In this document: positions 1 to 8,697 of the stretch, in pieces
Position numbering within the stretch: position 1 is the first letter of the stretch
Layout: the number at the start of each line of letters is the position of its first letter
IMG/VR virus record: IMGVR_UViG_3300025296_000044
Span: 1-40,314 of that record
Strand: one strand, 5' to 3'
Length of the DNA stretch: 40,314 bases
DNA from: a virus
Lineage: Duplodnaviria > Caudoviricetes
Program-made: the position numbers and the translations under genes
Notes under the pieces: generated by a model
The model's input: only the letters and a program-made list of their open reading frames with translations
Database searches by the model: none
What the model was told of the DNA's origin: nothing

Positions 1-365
1 AAAAAGAAGTATATCATGCTGTGTGGCCTAATATAAATGATGCACTTGATTTTAAATATATGCGTGATTTAGAAAAAGAAGTTAGAAATTTAAGACAAGA
101 ACTAAATAATCTTGTAGCAAATAAATATACTCAAAGACAATGGGACAGAACTGTAGGATATGGTAAAGTTCCTGATGAATACAATACTGAAATAGAAAAT
201 ATTGCTTTAATTTTAAGACAACGTATCTTTAAACTTCAGCATGAAAATAAGATACTAAGGAAGATGATACATAGTTTATCCAGTGATACAAAAGAACAGG
301 TGGATAAGTTTATTGCTGTGGCCGTTGCCGTTGAGAAAATGGAGAAGTATAATTCTAAAGACTAG
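1..365 (+). CDS. Hypothetical phage protein, possibly 5'-truncated
   Basis: ORF 21..365. The frame stays open back to the window edge. Coiled-coil-like sequence, no recognised family. Confidence 0.6.
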   Translation, partial: KEVYHAVWPNINDALDFKYMRDLEKEVRNLRQELNNLVANKYTQRQWDRTVGYGKVPDEYNTEIENIALILRQRIFKLQHENKILRKMIHSLSSDTKEQVDKFIAVAVAVEKMEKYNSKD

Positions 366-372
366 AAAACGA

Positions 373-401
373 TTGACAAAATGAACAGGAACATATATTA
401 T
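373..401 (+). promoter_or_regulatory. Sigma70-type promoter, probably giving a leaderless transcript
   Basis: TTGACA (373-378), 17 bp spacer, TATTAT (396-401). The expected +1 falls at about 408, the A of the next ATG. No SD is present. Confidence 0.7.
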
Positions 402-407
402 ATATAG

Positions 408-800
408 ATGGATGATTTACTAGACATACCTAAATTTCTTCGCAAGGGAAAGAAAAGGGGAAGGCCCAGAAAAATTAAAGAATCCCCTCCTGAAATTAAT
501 CTCTATGAAGAATGGGATAAAATTAAACAAAAGAAATATGGTACAAAATATAATATCTTATTGGATAATAAATTTAGAAGGATAGGTACAGGATTAAGAA
601 TTATTTATGTATCAGAAAAAAGAAAGTGGGTGCATGTGGTCAGTCATGCAGGTAATCCTTACACTACACAACCTATACGAGTAAGGCTCTTGAAAAGAAA
701 ATGGGAAGATACAAAAAAATCTCATGAGAAATATGAAAATAGATGTAAGAAATATTTTGAAGGATTAAAAGATGGCACAAAAAAAACTGGAAAAGTTTAG
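408..800 (+). CDS. Small basic early protein with an N-terminal FtsZ-tail-like peptide and an AT-hook-like motif
   Basis: Begins MDDLLDIPKFLRK followed by GKKRGRPRK. Confidence 0.7.
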   Translation: MDDLLDIPKFLRKGKKRGRPRKIKESPPEINLYEEWDKIKQKKYGTKYNILLDNKFRRIGTGLRIIYVSEKRKWVHVVSHAGNPYTTQPIRVRLLKRKWEDTKKSHEKYENRCKKYFEGLKDGTKKTGKV

Positions 801-933
801 AGAACATTATGTTACAACAGAAGAACTGTTGGAAAGGATGCTACTCGATGATAGGAATGGCATATGTAAGGATGATGGAGATGGTCAACAAGGACAAGAA
901 ACACACAAGCAAAAACCCCTATGCAAGAATTAA
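772..933 (+). CDS. Small hypothetical protein, 53 aa (not in the ORF track)
   Basis: Manual translation MAQKKLEKFREHY...KPLCKN*. AAGGA at 760-764 precedes the ATG. Confidence 0.5.
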   Translation: MAQKKLEKFREHYVTTEELLERMLLDDRNGICKDDGDGQQGQETHKQKPLCKN

Positions 934-1027
934 GGAATGGAAACTCTTTCGTAAGAGGATTATACAATCCAAGAAAAAGTATGATCGTAATAAATTTAAG
1001 ATTGACAAGAGAAAGGATTTGGTATAA
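881..1027 (+). CDS. Small basic protein, 48 aa, weakly ArfA-like
   Basis: In-frame ATG at 881 of ORF 809..1027, with AAGGA at 868-872. Contains KNPYARIKEWKLFRKRIIQSKKKYDR. Confidence 0.55.
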   Translation: MVNKDKKHTSKNPYARIKEWKLFRKRIIQSKKKYDRNKFKIDKRKDLV

Positions 1028-1028
1028 T
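1002..1028 (+). promoter_or_regulatory. Candidate sigma70 promoter with extended -10
   Basis: TTGACA (1002-1007) and TG-G-TATAAT (1020-1028). The spacer is only 15 bp, so it may rely on the extended -10. Confidence 0.5.
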
Positions 1029-1251
1029 GTCTGGTCATATGACTGTTGTTAATTTTGGTTTATCAAGTTGTGAGTATACACAATTATGGTTGAAAGTAAA
1101 GAACAAACAGGCCGATGAAGAATTTTTTAAACTTGTCAATAAACTTATGCATGATCATTCTAAAATATTAAAAGAAATAATCAACTATCCTAATATAAAG
1201 ATAGTCTGGGATGATACTAACTGGGATGAGATTCATGGAAAAGAAAAGTAA
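1027..1251 (+). CDS. Hypothetical protein
   Basis: ORF coupled to the previous stop (TAATG). Alternative start at 1039. Confidence 0.55.
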   Translation: MSGHMTVVNFGLSSCEYTQLWLKVKNKQADEEFFKLVNKLMHDHSKILKEIINYPNIKIVWDDTNWDEIHGKEK

Positions 1252-1390
1252 AAGAAATAGAAAAGAATGGAAATGGAACAGGACAATAAAAGATAAATAT
1301 AAAAAGAGAAAGAGAATTTATTATGCAGAAGATACTAAACGAAGCAGAGATAGTCAAAGAAAAGAAAGGCTCCTTCAAGGTTTGGAGTAA
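1235..1390 (+). CDS. Small Lys/Arg-rich hypothetical protein, 51 aa (not in the ORF track)
   Basis: Manual translation MEKKSKRNRKEWKWNRT...LLQGLE*. Fills the gap between neighbouring ORFs. Confidence 0.45.
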   Translation: MEKKSKRNRKEWKWNRTIKDKYKKRKRIYYAEDTKRSRDSQRKERLLQGLE

Positions 1391-1562
1391 GGTTCACCTG
1401 TCTCTTCTGGAAGAGTGGACTTCCAAAGACTGGAAGAAATATAATAAAAGTAAGGATAGTTATTTCTTACATCCTTATAGATGGACTATGATTGCTGCTG
1501 GAAAAACCAAAGAAGAAGCAACAAAAAATGCAAAGGATATTATTTCTCGATATAGAAACTGA
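1323..1562 (+). CDS. Hypothetical protein
   Basis: 79 aa ORF in the tightly packed early region. Confidence 0.55.
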   Translation: MQKILNEAEIVKEKKGSFKVWSKVHLSLLEEWTSKDWKKYNKSKDSYFLHPYRWTMIAAGKTKEEATKNAKDIISRYRN

Positions 1563-3255
1563 TGGTCTGGATGCCACAAAGATATTTGTTTGTGTATGCA
1601 AAGACAAAGATACAGGAAATGTAACATGCCATACTGAACCCAGAACATTCAACAAACTTATTGAAGGCTATAATATTCTGGTGGGTCATAATATTTTATC
1701 CTTTGATGCTCCCATACTAAACAGGTTATGGAATTCAAACATAGGTCTGTCAAAAATACAGGATACATATATCCTTTCATGTCTATTCAATCCTGACAGG
1801 GAAGGACGACACTCTCTGGCAGCATGGGGCAAGAGACTGGGGCTGGATAAGATTGACTATCATGACTTCTCATGTTTCTCTCCAGAGATGTTGGAGTATT
1901 GTGAGAATGATATTCATATCACACATAAAATTTATGATTTTTTAATGGGAACTGAGAAGAAAGATTTCTCTGATAAATCAATAGCTTTGGAGCATAAGAT
2001 AAGGTATGTTCTTAACAAGCAAGAGAGTAAAGGTTTCTATCTCAATACTGAAAAAGCACACAAGCTAATGATGGAAGTCCTGAACAGGGCAACAGAGATA
2101 GAAGATAGTGTATTGAGTAAGGTTCCTCTCAGAGCCAGATTGATCAAGGAAATAGTACCAAAGATCAAGAAGGATGGAACACGTTCCAATGTAGGGTTGA
2201 AGAATTATGATCATGCTAATATTGTTGGGCCTTTTTCTGCATTTGAATATGAGAAATTTAATCTTGCATCACCAAAGCAAATCATTCAGAGACTGAATCA
2301 ATATGGATGGAATCCCATTGAGTTTACACCAAAGGGATCACCAAAGATCAGTGAGAAAAATCTGGAAACAATATCCTCTTCTGCACCGGAGGAGATCAAG
2401 AGGCTGGCAGAATGGAAGATGCTGAAGACCAGAGCCAAGACGATTGAAAGCTGGCTGGATGTAGTGGACAAGAACAATCGAGTACATGGCAAGGTCATCA
2501 CAATGGGTGCTGTGACAGGACGTATGGTCCATGCAGACCCCAACATGGCAAACATCGTGGCAAACCATAAGCCATATGGTGAAGATTCACGGTCTTGCTG
2601 GACAGTACCTGATGACAAGCATGTTCTGGTAGGTATGGACGCCAAAGGACTGGAACTGAGGATGCTGGCACATTATATGAAGGACAATGAGTACATCCAT
2701 GAGGTTCTGGAGGGTGATCCACATACCTACAATCAGGAACTGGCAGGTCTACCCACTCGAAATGCAGCAAAGACTTTCATCTATGCATTCATATATGGGG
2801 CAGGTAATCAGAAGATAGGCTCCATCGTTAATGGATCGTCCCATGATGGGAAAAAACTGAGAGAAAAGTTTCTGTCCAGTCTTCCCAAGCTGGATAAGCT
2901 CATCAAGAGCGTTCAAAGACATTCAACCAGAGGTTACATCAGGGGTATAGATGGCAGGAGGATACTGATTAGACGTGCTCATGCTGCCCTGAATACCCTC
3001 TTGCAAGGCGGCGGGGCTATCTGCTGTAAGCAATGGTCTATCTTCCTTGATGATGAAATTAAAGATAGACAACTCAGGGCATATCTGGTAAACACTATTC
3101 ATGATGAGCAACAGTATGAAGTTCATGTTGATGATGCAGAAGAACTTGTCAGCATTACTGATCCTTGCATGACCAGAGTATCTGACTTTTTCCAGATGAA
3201 TATTCCACTCAATGCAGATGCAAAGATAGGGAGAACATGGCAGGAAACTCACTAG
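1528..3255 (+). CDS. polA: DNA polymerase family A, T7 gp5-like
   Basis: Exonuclease motifs FLDIETDG, GHNILSFD and YCEND. Polymerase motif A DAKGLELR, motif B RNAAKTFIYAFIYG, motif C IHDE. Likely start is the ATG at 1528. Confidence 0.97.
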   Translation: MQRILFLDIETDGLDATKIFVCVCKDKDTGNVTCHTEPRTFNKLIEGYNILVGHNILSFDAPILNRLWNSNIGLSKIQDTYILSCLFNPDREGRHSLAAWGKRLGLDKIDYHDFSCFSPEMLEYCENDIHITHKIYDFLMGTEKKDFSDKSIALEHKIRYVLNKQESKGFYLNTEKAHKLMMEVLNRATEIEDSVLSKVPLRARLIKEIVPKIKKDGTRSNVGLKNYDHANIVGPFSAFEYEKFNLASPKQIIQRLNQYGWNPIEFTPKGSPKISEKNLETISSSAPEEIKRLAEWKMLKTRAKTIESWLDVVDKNNRVHGKVITMGAVTGRMVHADPNMANIVANHKPYGEDSRSCWTVPDDKHVLVGMDAKGLELRMLAHYMKDNEYIHEVLEGDPHTYNQELAGLPTRNAAKTFIYAFIYGAGNQKIGSIVNGSSHDGKKLREKFLSSLPKLDKLIKSVQRHSTRGYIRGIDGRRILIRRAHAALNTLLQGGGAICCKQWSIFLDDEIKDRQLRAYLVNTIHDEQQYEVHVDDAEELVSITDPCMTRVSDFFQMNIPLNADAKIGRTWQETH

Positions 3256-3692
3256 GAAGAACTAAAAAGTTTAATAAACAACTATATGATAAATCAGATA
3301 AGACATCTAAAGATGCTATTGTTTCTTATTTAAAGAAAAAGAAACATCATATTACTAATATAGTAGAGAAATTTTCTTGTGATATAGAAAGTATATCAGA
3401 GGAGGGTATAGTTTGTTTTTCAGAAACTGAAATTAAATACTCATGGAAGGGAGAGTGGCCCTCCTCTTGGAAAGATGTAAGGATACCCTATCGCAAACAG
3501 AAACTTCTTGACAGGATAAAAGAGAATCTTACATTCTATGTTCTTAGAGATGACTGTAAAGAAGCTTGGATTATTTCTGATATTGCACTGGAGAAATATG
3601 CAACAGTAATCGAGGTGCCTAACAGATATGTACCAGATGGAGAAAAGTTTTTCTCTGTACCTGTTGATAAGATATATAAAATAAGTCTTTAA
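3237..3692 (+). CDS. Hypothetical protein, possible PD-(D/E)XK nuclease fold
   Basis: CDI...ETEIK pattern resembles a restriction-endonuclease-like active site. Overlaps the polymerase end. Confidence 0.5.
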   Translation: MAGNSLGRTKKFNKQLYDKSDKTSKDAIVSYLKKKKHHITNIVEKFSCDIESISEEGIVCFSETEIKYSWKGEWPSSWKDVRIPYRKQKLLDRIKENLTFYVLRDDCKEAWIISDIALEKYATVIEVPNRYVPDGEKFFSVPVDKIYKISL

Positions 3693-3696
3693 ACAA

Positions 3697-4368
3697 ATGC
3701 TTGATTATATTGAATGGCTCAGTACCATTGAAGAAGAACCAGAGCTTGATGGTGCAGGTAAGTTACTCGCTCCTGTATTTGCTGAACTATTATATGACAG
3801 GAAAGTTAAAACAATATATGAATGGTGTTGTGGTCCTGCATGGATAGGTTTATGGTTACTGGAACAGGGTATATGTCAAGAACTTGTAGTATCTGATATC
3901 AATAAGAAAGCCATAGATTGTGTCAGACGTACCATAAATAGACATAATTATCCTGTTCGTTCTTACCTGAGTGATAACCTTAAAGGTATACCTGAACATG
4001 AGAAGTTTGATATTATAGTTGCCAATCCTCCCAACTATGTTAATATACAAGAGGATCACCCAATGGGTTTTCTCAGATATGATCTTAGACCATCAGATAT
4101 TGACTGGAAAATTCATAGAGACTTCTATAATAATATAAGAAAACATATGCATAAAGAAAGTGATATGTATATATCAGAAGTTGAACCATACAAGAAAGAA
4201 GTATGGCTTATGGGTAAGCTTTATGATAAAAGAGAAACAGAACCTATTAAAGATTTTAAAGAAATGCTTTCAGCAAATGAATTAAATTTAAATAGTGTAG
4301 AAACATATACAATGAACCAAGAGATTGAGATGGCAATCCTAGATATTTCTCTTGACATAAGAATCTAA
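3697..4368 (+). CDS. Class I SAM-dependent methyltransferase, HemK/PrmC or MTS-like
   Basis: Motif I YEWCCGPAWIG, VVSDIN, and FDIIVANPPNY. Confidence 0.85.
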   Translation: MLDYIEWLSTIEEEPELDGAGKLLAPVFAELLYDRKVKTIYEWCCGPAWIGLWLLEQGICQELVVSDINKKAIDCVRRTINRHNYPVRSYLSDNLKGIPEHEKFDIIVANPPNYVNIQEDHPMGFLRYDLRPSDIDWKIHRDFYNNIRKHMHKESDMYISEVEPYKKEVWLMGKLYDKRETEPIKDFKEMLSANELNLNSVETYTMNQEIEMAILDISLDIRI

Positions 4369-4380
4369 GCGTGGTAAGGT
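4352..4380 (+). promoter_or_regulatory. Sigma70-type promoter upstream of the SSB gene
   Basis: TTGACA (4352-4357), 17 bp spacer containing TG at 4372-4373, TAAGGT (4375-4380). SD AAGGAG at about 4402. Confidence 0.6.
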
Positions 4381-4413
4381 GGTATATTATTAACCAACAT
4401 TAAGGAGATAAAT

Positions 4414-4830
4414 ATGATGGCTGCACAGAAAGAGACTGCAATTATTTCAGGCAAAGCTTATTGGACCAAGCTCAACCGTAAGGATGAGTATTCCGATAAG
4501 TACCAATTGGACGTAGGTGATCTTTCTGACAAGAGTAAGGAAGTCTTGAATTCTCATGGAGTTAAGTTGAAGAACAAGAATGATGATCGAGGGGAGTTCA
4601 TAACTGCCAGAACTCAATACCTCGTTCCAGTCATTGACTCCGATAAGAAGACTATTGATCGAGATACTCTTATTGGTAATGGTAGTAGCGTCAGAGTGAA
4701 GGTTGACTTCAATAAGAATCATCCTTTTGCTGAGAAGTATGGTACGTCAATGTATCTCAAGAAGGTACAGGTGACTGAGTTAGTTGAGTATGCAAAAGAT
4801 GAGTTTGACGACGACGACGACATGGTCTAG
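4414..4830 (+). CDS. Single-stranded DNA-binding protein, T7 gp2.5-like
   Basis: GKAYW, IGNGSSVRV and VQVTELVEY motifs, acidic tail EFDDDDDMV, strong SD, replication-module context. Confidence 0.8.
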   Translation: MMAAQKETAIISGKAYWTKLNRKDEYSDKYQLDVGDLSDKSKEVLNSHGVKLKNKNDDRGEFITARTQYLVPVIDSDKKTIDRDTLIGNGSSVRVKVDFNKNHPFAEKYGTSMYLKKVQVTELVEYAKDEFDDDDDMV

Positions 4831-4918
4831 TCATGATATCAGGGCTTGTGATGAGCAATATTAATTTCGGAAACGCTCGTATGATCAAGAAGCATGGCGG
4901 GCGAGGGAGCGGGCAGCT

Positions 4919-5758
4919 ATGCATATTTCTACATTAGTAAACGATATATATGATCGTATTGCATCCAACAAGAAGGTCTCCAGAGAAAATCTGGAGGCTT
5001 TCTTGGAGGGTGTTTCTGCTGTTATCATTCAACATCTGGAGGAGGAAAGGAATACACCCAGTGAAAAACGTATTAGAATGTCTTCAATCGGCAAGCCAGA
5101 CCGTAAAATCTGGATGGAACTTAACGGTCCAAAGGTGGAAAGAGCGTATCAACCATCTACTCTCATCAAGTTTCTCTATGGTTCGATCATTGAAGAACTG
5201 GTTATCTTCCTTACGAAAGAGGCTGGTCACTCAGTACAGGAACCGCAGAAACAGTGCGAGATATTGGGAATAAAGGGACATCTTGATTGTAAGATTGATG
5301 GAGAAGTGGTAGATATTAAATCTGCCAGTGATTTTGCTTTCAGAAAATTCAAGACCGGATCAATAGAGTATGATGATCCTTTTGGTTATATAGCACAGGT
5401 CAGTGCATATGCTGAAGCAGAGGGTAAAGATGTTGGATATCTTCTGGCAATGAATAAAGTTTCTGGAGAGATAGTATTACTTGAGCTTGATGACATGACA
5501 CTGATCAATGCCACAGAGCGTATTAAAGATGTCAAGAAGATAGCAAAGAGTTCAAGTATGCCAGACTTCTGTTACCTGCCAGAACCGGAAGGCAAGTCAG
5601 GAAACATGAAGATTGCCAGAGATTGTGTCTATTGTGATTATAAGTGGACTTGCTTCCCTGACATGAGAGTGTTCAGATATCAGGAAGGATTTAAATATTT
5701 AACAACGGTGGAGAAAGAACCTAAAGTTCCTGAAATAACAGATAGTATGAGAGGATAA
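4919..5758 (+). CDS. PD-(D/E)XK exonuclease, Cas4/RecB-like
   Basis: RMSSIG, GHLDCKIDGEVVDIKS, QVSAY and C-terminal C...CVYCDYKWTC. Confidence 0.85.
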   Translation: MHISTLVNDIYDRIASNKKVSRENLEAFLEGVSAVIIQHLEEERNTPSEKRIRMSSIGKPDRKIWMELNGPKVERAYQPSTLIKFLYGSIIEELVIFLTKEAGHSVQEPQKQCEILGIKGHLDCKIDGEVVDIKSASDFAFRKFKTGSIEYDDPFGYIAQVSAYAEAEGKDVGYLLAMNKVSGEIVLLELDDMTLINATERIKDVKKIAKSSSMPDFCYLPEPEGKSGNMKIARDCVYCDYKWTCFPDMRVFRYQEGFKYLTTVEKEPKVPEITDSMRG

Positions 5759-5759
5759 A

Positions 5760-7352
5760 ATGTCTCACTTCGTAAGGCATGAGCCTTGCCCTGAGTGTGG
5801 TAGTAAAAATAACGTAGGAGTATATTCAAACGGATACAAACAATGTTATAGTGAAGATTGTCATTATAAAATTATGCCCGATTCAAATTATGAGGAAGAA
5901 GAATACATTATGACAACAACAAGGGCTGTAAGCACAGGTACAATTAAAGCCATACCCGATAGAAAGATCGAAGAGGATACCTGTAGGCGTTATGGAGCCA
6001 TGCTCAATGGAACAAAGCACTTCTATCCCTACTACAACAGGGAAGGAGAACATATAGCCAACAAGGTCAGGAATACAGAGAACAAGACGTTCTTCTCTGA
6101 GGGTGACATCAAGGGTGCTATGCTGTTTGGACAGAAGTCCTTTCAAGAGGGCGGCAAGTATGTCACGATCTGTGAAGGGGAGATAGATGCCATGTCTGCC
6201 TACCAGCTAATGGGCAGCAAATGGCCGGTGGTATCCATTCGTAATGGTGCTGCTGCTGCCACCAAAGATATTACAGATAATTATGATTTCCTCACATCCT
6301 TTGAGAATATAGTTATTTGTTTTGATAATGATGATGCTGGTCGTAAATCATCCACCAGAGTGGCAGAAATGCTGTCTCCCAAAGCAAAGGTGATGTCACT
6401 CCAGTATAAAGATGCCAATGAGTATCTTATGAACAATAAGAAGAATCAGTTTGTGCAGGACTGGTGGGCTGCAAAGACCTATACCCCAGAGGGTATCATA
6501 TCCGGCAACGAGATGTGGGATACAATTATTGAAGGGGCCACAGAGGCTGCTATCAATTATCCCTATCAGGGTCTACAGGATTTGACCTATGGTATTCGTA
6601 TGGGAGAACTTGTGACTGTCACGGCAGGTTCCGGTCTGGGTAAGTCTCAGTTCCTGCGAGAGCTTATCTATCATGTCTTCAAGAATACCGGTGACAACAT
6701 AGGTATGATGTTCATGGAGGAGTCGGTCAAGAGAAGTGGTCTGGCATTCATGAGTCTGGAAGCCAACAAATGTCTGCACCTGCCAGCAGAGTTTGCATCA
6801 GTATCTTCTGAAGACTTGAAGAAACACTTCGATAGTACGTTAGGTACTGGAAGGTTATTCTTCTACGATCACTTTGGTTCCAATGCTATTGACTCTATCC
6901 TGAACAGGATTCGATACTTTGCCAAAGCTCTGAACTGTAAGTATGTGGTACTGGATCATATAAGTATCATAGTTTCTGATCAGAATGTGGCTGATGAACG
7001 TAGAGCCATTGATGAGATCATGACAAAGATGCGTACCATTGTTCAAGAGCTTGACATTGCCCTGCTCATTGTATCTCATCTTCGTAGACCCATGTCTACA
7101 GGCCATGAAGAAGGGGCTGTAACGTCTCTCTCCCAGCTTAGAGGATCGGCCAGTATAGGTCAGCTATCCGATATTGTTATTGGTCTGGAAAGAAACGGGC
7201 AGCATGAGGATGAAGTGGAAAGACATACAACAACAGTACGGGTTATCAAGAACAGGTTTTCCGGTTTGACAGGACCAGCCTGTAGAGTATACTATGGTCG
7301 TGAATCAGGTAGGCTCACAGAAGTTCATGAGGAATTTGAAGAACTAGAATAA
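5760..7352 (+). CDS. Primase-helicase, T7 gp4-like
   Basis: Zn finger CPECGS...CYSEDC, TOPRIM motifs EGEIDA and FDND, Walker A GSGLGKS, LDHISI, LRGSASIGQLSD, KNRFSG. Confidence 0.97.
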   Translation: MSHFVRHEPCPECGSKNNVGVYSNGYKQCYSEDCHYKIMPDSNYEEEEYIMTTTRAVSTGTIKAIPDRKIEEDTCRRYGAMLNGTKHFYPYYNREGEHIANKVRNTENKTFFSEGDIKGAMLFGQKSFQEGGKYVTICEGEIDAMSAYQLMGSKWPVVSIRNGAAAATKDITDNYDFLTSFENIVICFDNDDAGRKSSTRVAEMLSPKAKVMSLQYKDANEYLMNNKKNQFVQDWWAAKTYTPEGIISGNEMWDTIIEGATEAAINYPYQGLQDLTYGIRMGELVTVTAGSGLGKSQFLRELIYHVFKNTGDNIGMMFMEESVKRSGLAFMSLEANKCLHLPAEFASVSSEDLKKHFDSTLGTGRLFFYDHFGSNAIDSILNRIRYFAKALNCKYVVLDHISIIVSDQNVADERRAIDEIMTKMRTIVQELDIALLIVSHLRRPMSTGHEEGAVTSLSQLRGSASIGQLSDIVIGLERNGQHEDEVERHTTTVRVIKNRFSGLTGPACRVYYGRESGRLTEVHEEFEELE

Positions 7353-7753
7353 TGCATTGGACTTATAAAAGAAAACCTTTCGTTCCCGATCTTGATAATA
7401 GGTTTGGTTTTGTATACAAGATAACAAATAAGAAAACCAAGAAGTCCTATGTAGGGTGCAAGCAATATTTTATTGGTATTAAAAAGAAATCTCGTAAGCC
7501 TTCCGGTTGGGAAACATATACAGGTTCTTCCAAACATCTTAATTCTGACATGGGAAAAATAGGAAAGAAGAATTTTGCATTTCAAATTATAGGGGAGTAT
7601 GAAAACAAAAGAAGTTTGAACTACTATGAATGCTTCTATCAAATGAAACTAAAAGTTCTTACCACTGTACTCAAAGGTACAGATGAACCGGCCTACTATA
7701 ATAATTATGTTGGTGGTAAATTTTACAGACCTATAAGAGTAGAGGAAACATAA
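7352..7753 (+). CDS. GIY-YIG family endonuclease
   Basis: GFVYKITNKKTKKSYVG, YTGSS and YYN motifs. Confidence 0.8.
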   Translation: MHWTYKRKPFVPDLDNRFGFVYKITNKKTKKSYVGCKQYFIGIKKKSRKPSGWETYTGSSKHLNSDMGKIGKKNFAFQIIGEYENKRSLNYYECFYQMKLKVLTTVLKGTDEPAYYNNYVGGKFYRPIRVEET

Positions 7754-8103
7754 TGCCAGTTGTCCTGCAACTGAGAGTTCATGAGAAAGACCTTGATCTT
7801 AATCCCGATGTATGGTATGTGTATACCGTTCATGAGAAACAAAAACTATCTGAAAGAAATATAATTACGATCCGTAATAAGAAATCTCTCACTACTCATT
7901 GGTCAGATTTAAACTTTGATGAAAACTCAGAAAAAATATTGGAGGATACAAATAAAATAATTTCTATTTTAACATCCCATAGTATAGTAATATTATCATT
8001 GGAAAAAATGACTAATGATCTTGCAGAAATGGAAGAACACTGTCCTAAAACAAAAGAGTTTCTTGAAAGGCAAGTGGAAAGGCTTATGAAATATGGCTAT
8101 TAA
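7753..8103 (+). CDS. Hypothetical protein
   Basis: 116 aa, TAATG-coupled to the upstream gene. Confidence 0.65.
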   Translation: MPVVLQLRVHEKDLDLNPDVWYVYTVHEKQKLSERNIITIRNKKSLTTHWSDLNFDENSEKILEDTNKIISILTSHSIVILSLEKMTNDLAEMEEHCPKTKEFLERQVERLMKYGY

Positions 8104-8422
8104 ACAAAAGGACTTCATGAAATTTCTTGGTATTCCAGATGAAGATTATGATCCTACCAAGAATCGTCTTGTTATTGTATTTGAAGAAGCTGACAATGAG
8201 GAAGAATTTGTAGTTCAAATATTTGATATCTCTGAAAATGAAACGAGAATATCTCTCATTAAAGAACTGGGATATGGTATCCTGTCTCATCTGTATGATG
8301 AAGATTTTGTGAATGCCATCAGAGAAGCTGGCCGGTATTCTTTCAATGCCAAGTATCCTCAATCTTCAGAAGAAAAGATTAATTACACGGATAATATAAT
8401 TGAGTTTAAAAAGTTACATTAG
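8093..8422 (+). CDS. Hypothetical acidic protein
   Basis: 109 aa. Ends NIIEFKKLH. Confidence 0.65.
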   Translation: MAIKQKDFMKFLGIPDEDYDPTKNRLVIVFEEADNEEEFVVQIFDISENETRISLIKELGYGILSHLYDEDFVNAIREAGRYSFNAKYPQSSEEKINYTDNIIEFKKLH

Positions 8423-8451
8423 TGGCTAACCTACTGGGAGTTTTATATAGT

Positions 8452-8697
8452 ATGTCTGATAGTATCAATCACCCTCCTCATTATAATAAAGGAAATATGG
8501 AAACCATAGAGCTTATTAGAAATGCCATGTCTTCCATAGAATTTGAAGGATATCTACAAGGAAATATTATTAAATATATATCCAGATATAAATACAAAAA
8601 TTCTCCTTTGGAAGATATACAGAAAGCAGAATGGTATATAAAAAAATTAATAGAGGAATTGGATATGCAAAATTATAAACCCAGTGATACGGAATGA
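8452..8697 (+). CDS. DUF3310 protein, T7 gp1.7 nucleotide-kinase-like
   Basis: DSINHPPHY, GNIIKYISRY and EDIQKAEWY. ATG at 8452 follows GGAG. Confidence 0.85.
   Translation: MSDSINHPPHYNKGNMETIELIRNAMSSIEFEGYLQGNIIKYISRYKYKNSPLEDIQKAEWYIKKLIEELDMQNYKPSDTE

Noticed and set aside
1492-1527. Extended starts in the ORF track (also 809, 8422, 9275, 29460, 31887)
   Set aside because: Downstream ATGs fit the domain starts, SD positions and gene packing better.
4919-5758. Cas4-like gene as part of a CRISPR-Cas system
   Set aside because: No array or other cas genes. It occupies the usual exonuclease position in the replication module.
5885-5915. Internal gp4B-like start at Met51 of the primase-helicase
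   Set aside because: The position after the zinc finger fits, but the GAGG is about 14 nt upstream, too far for a convincing SD.
7352-7753. GIY-YIG gene as an intron-encoded homing endonuclease
   Set aside because: Flanking genes are intact and translationally coupled, with no room for intron structure.
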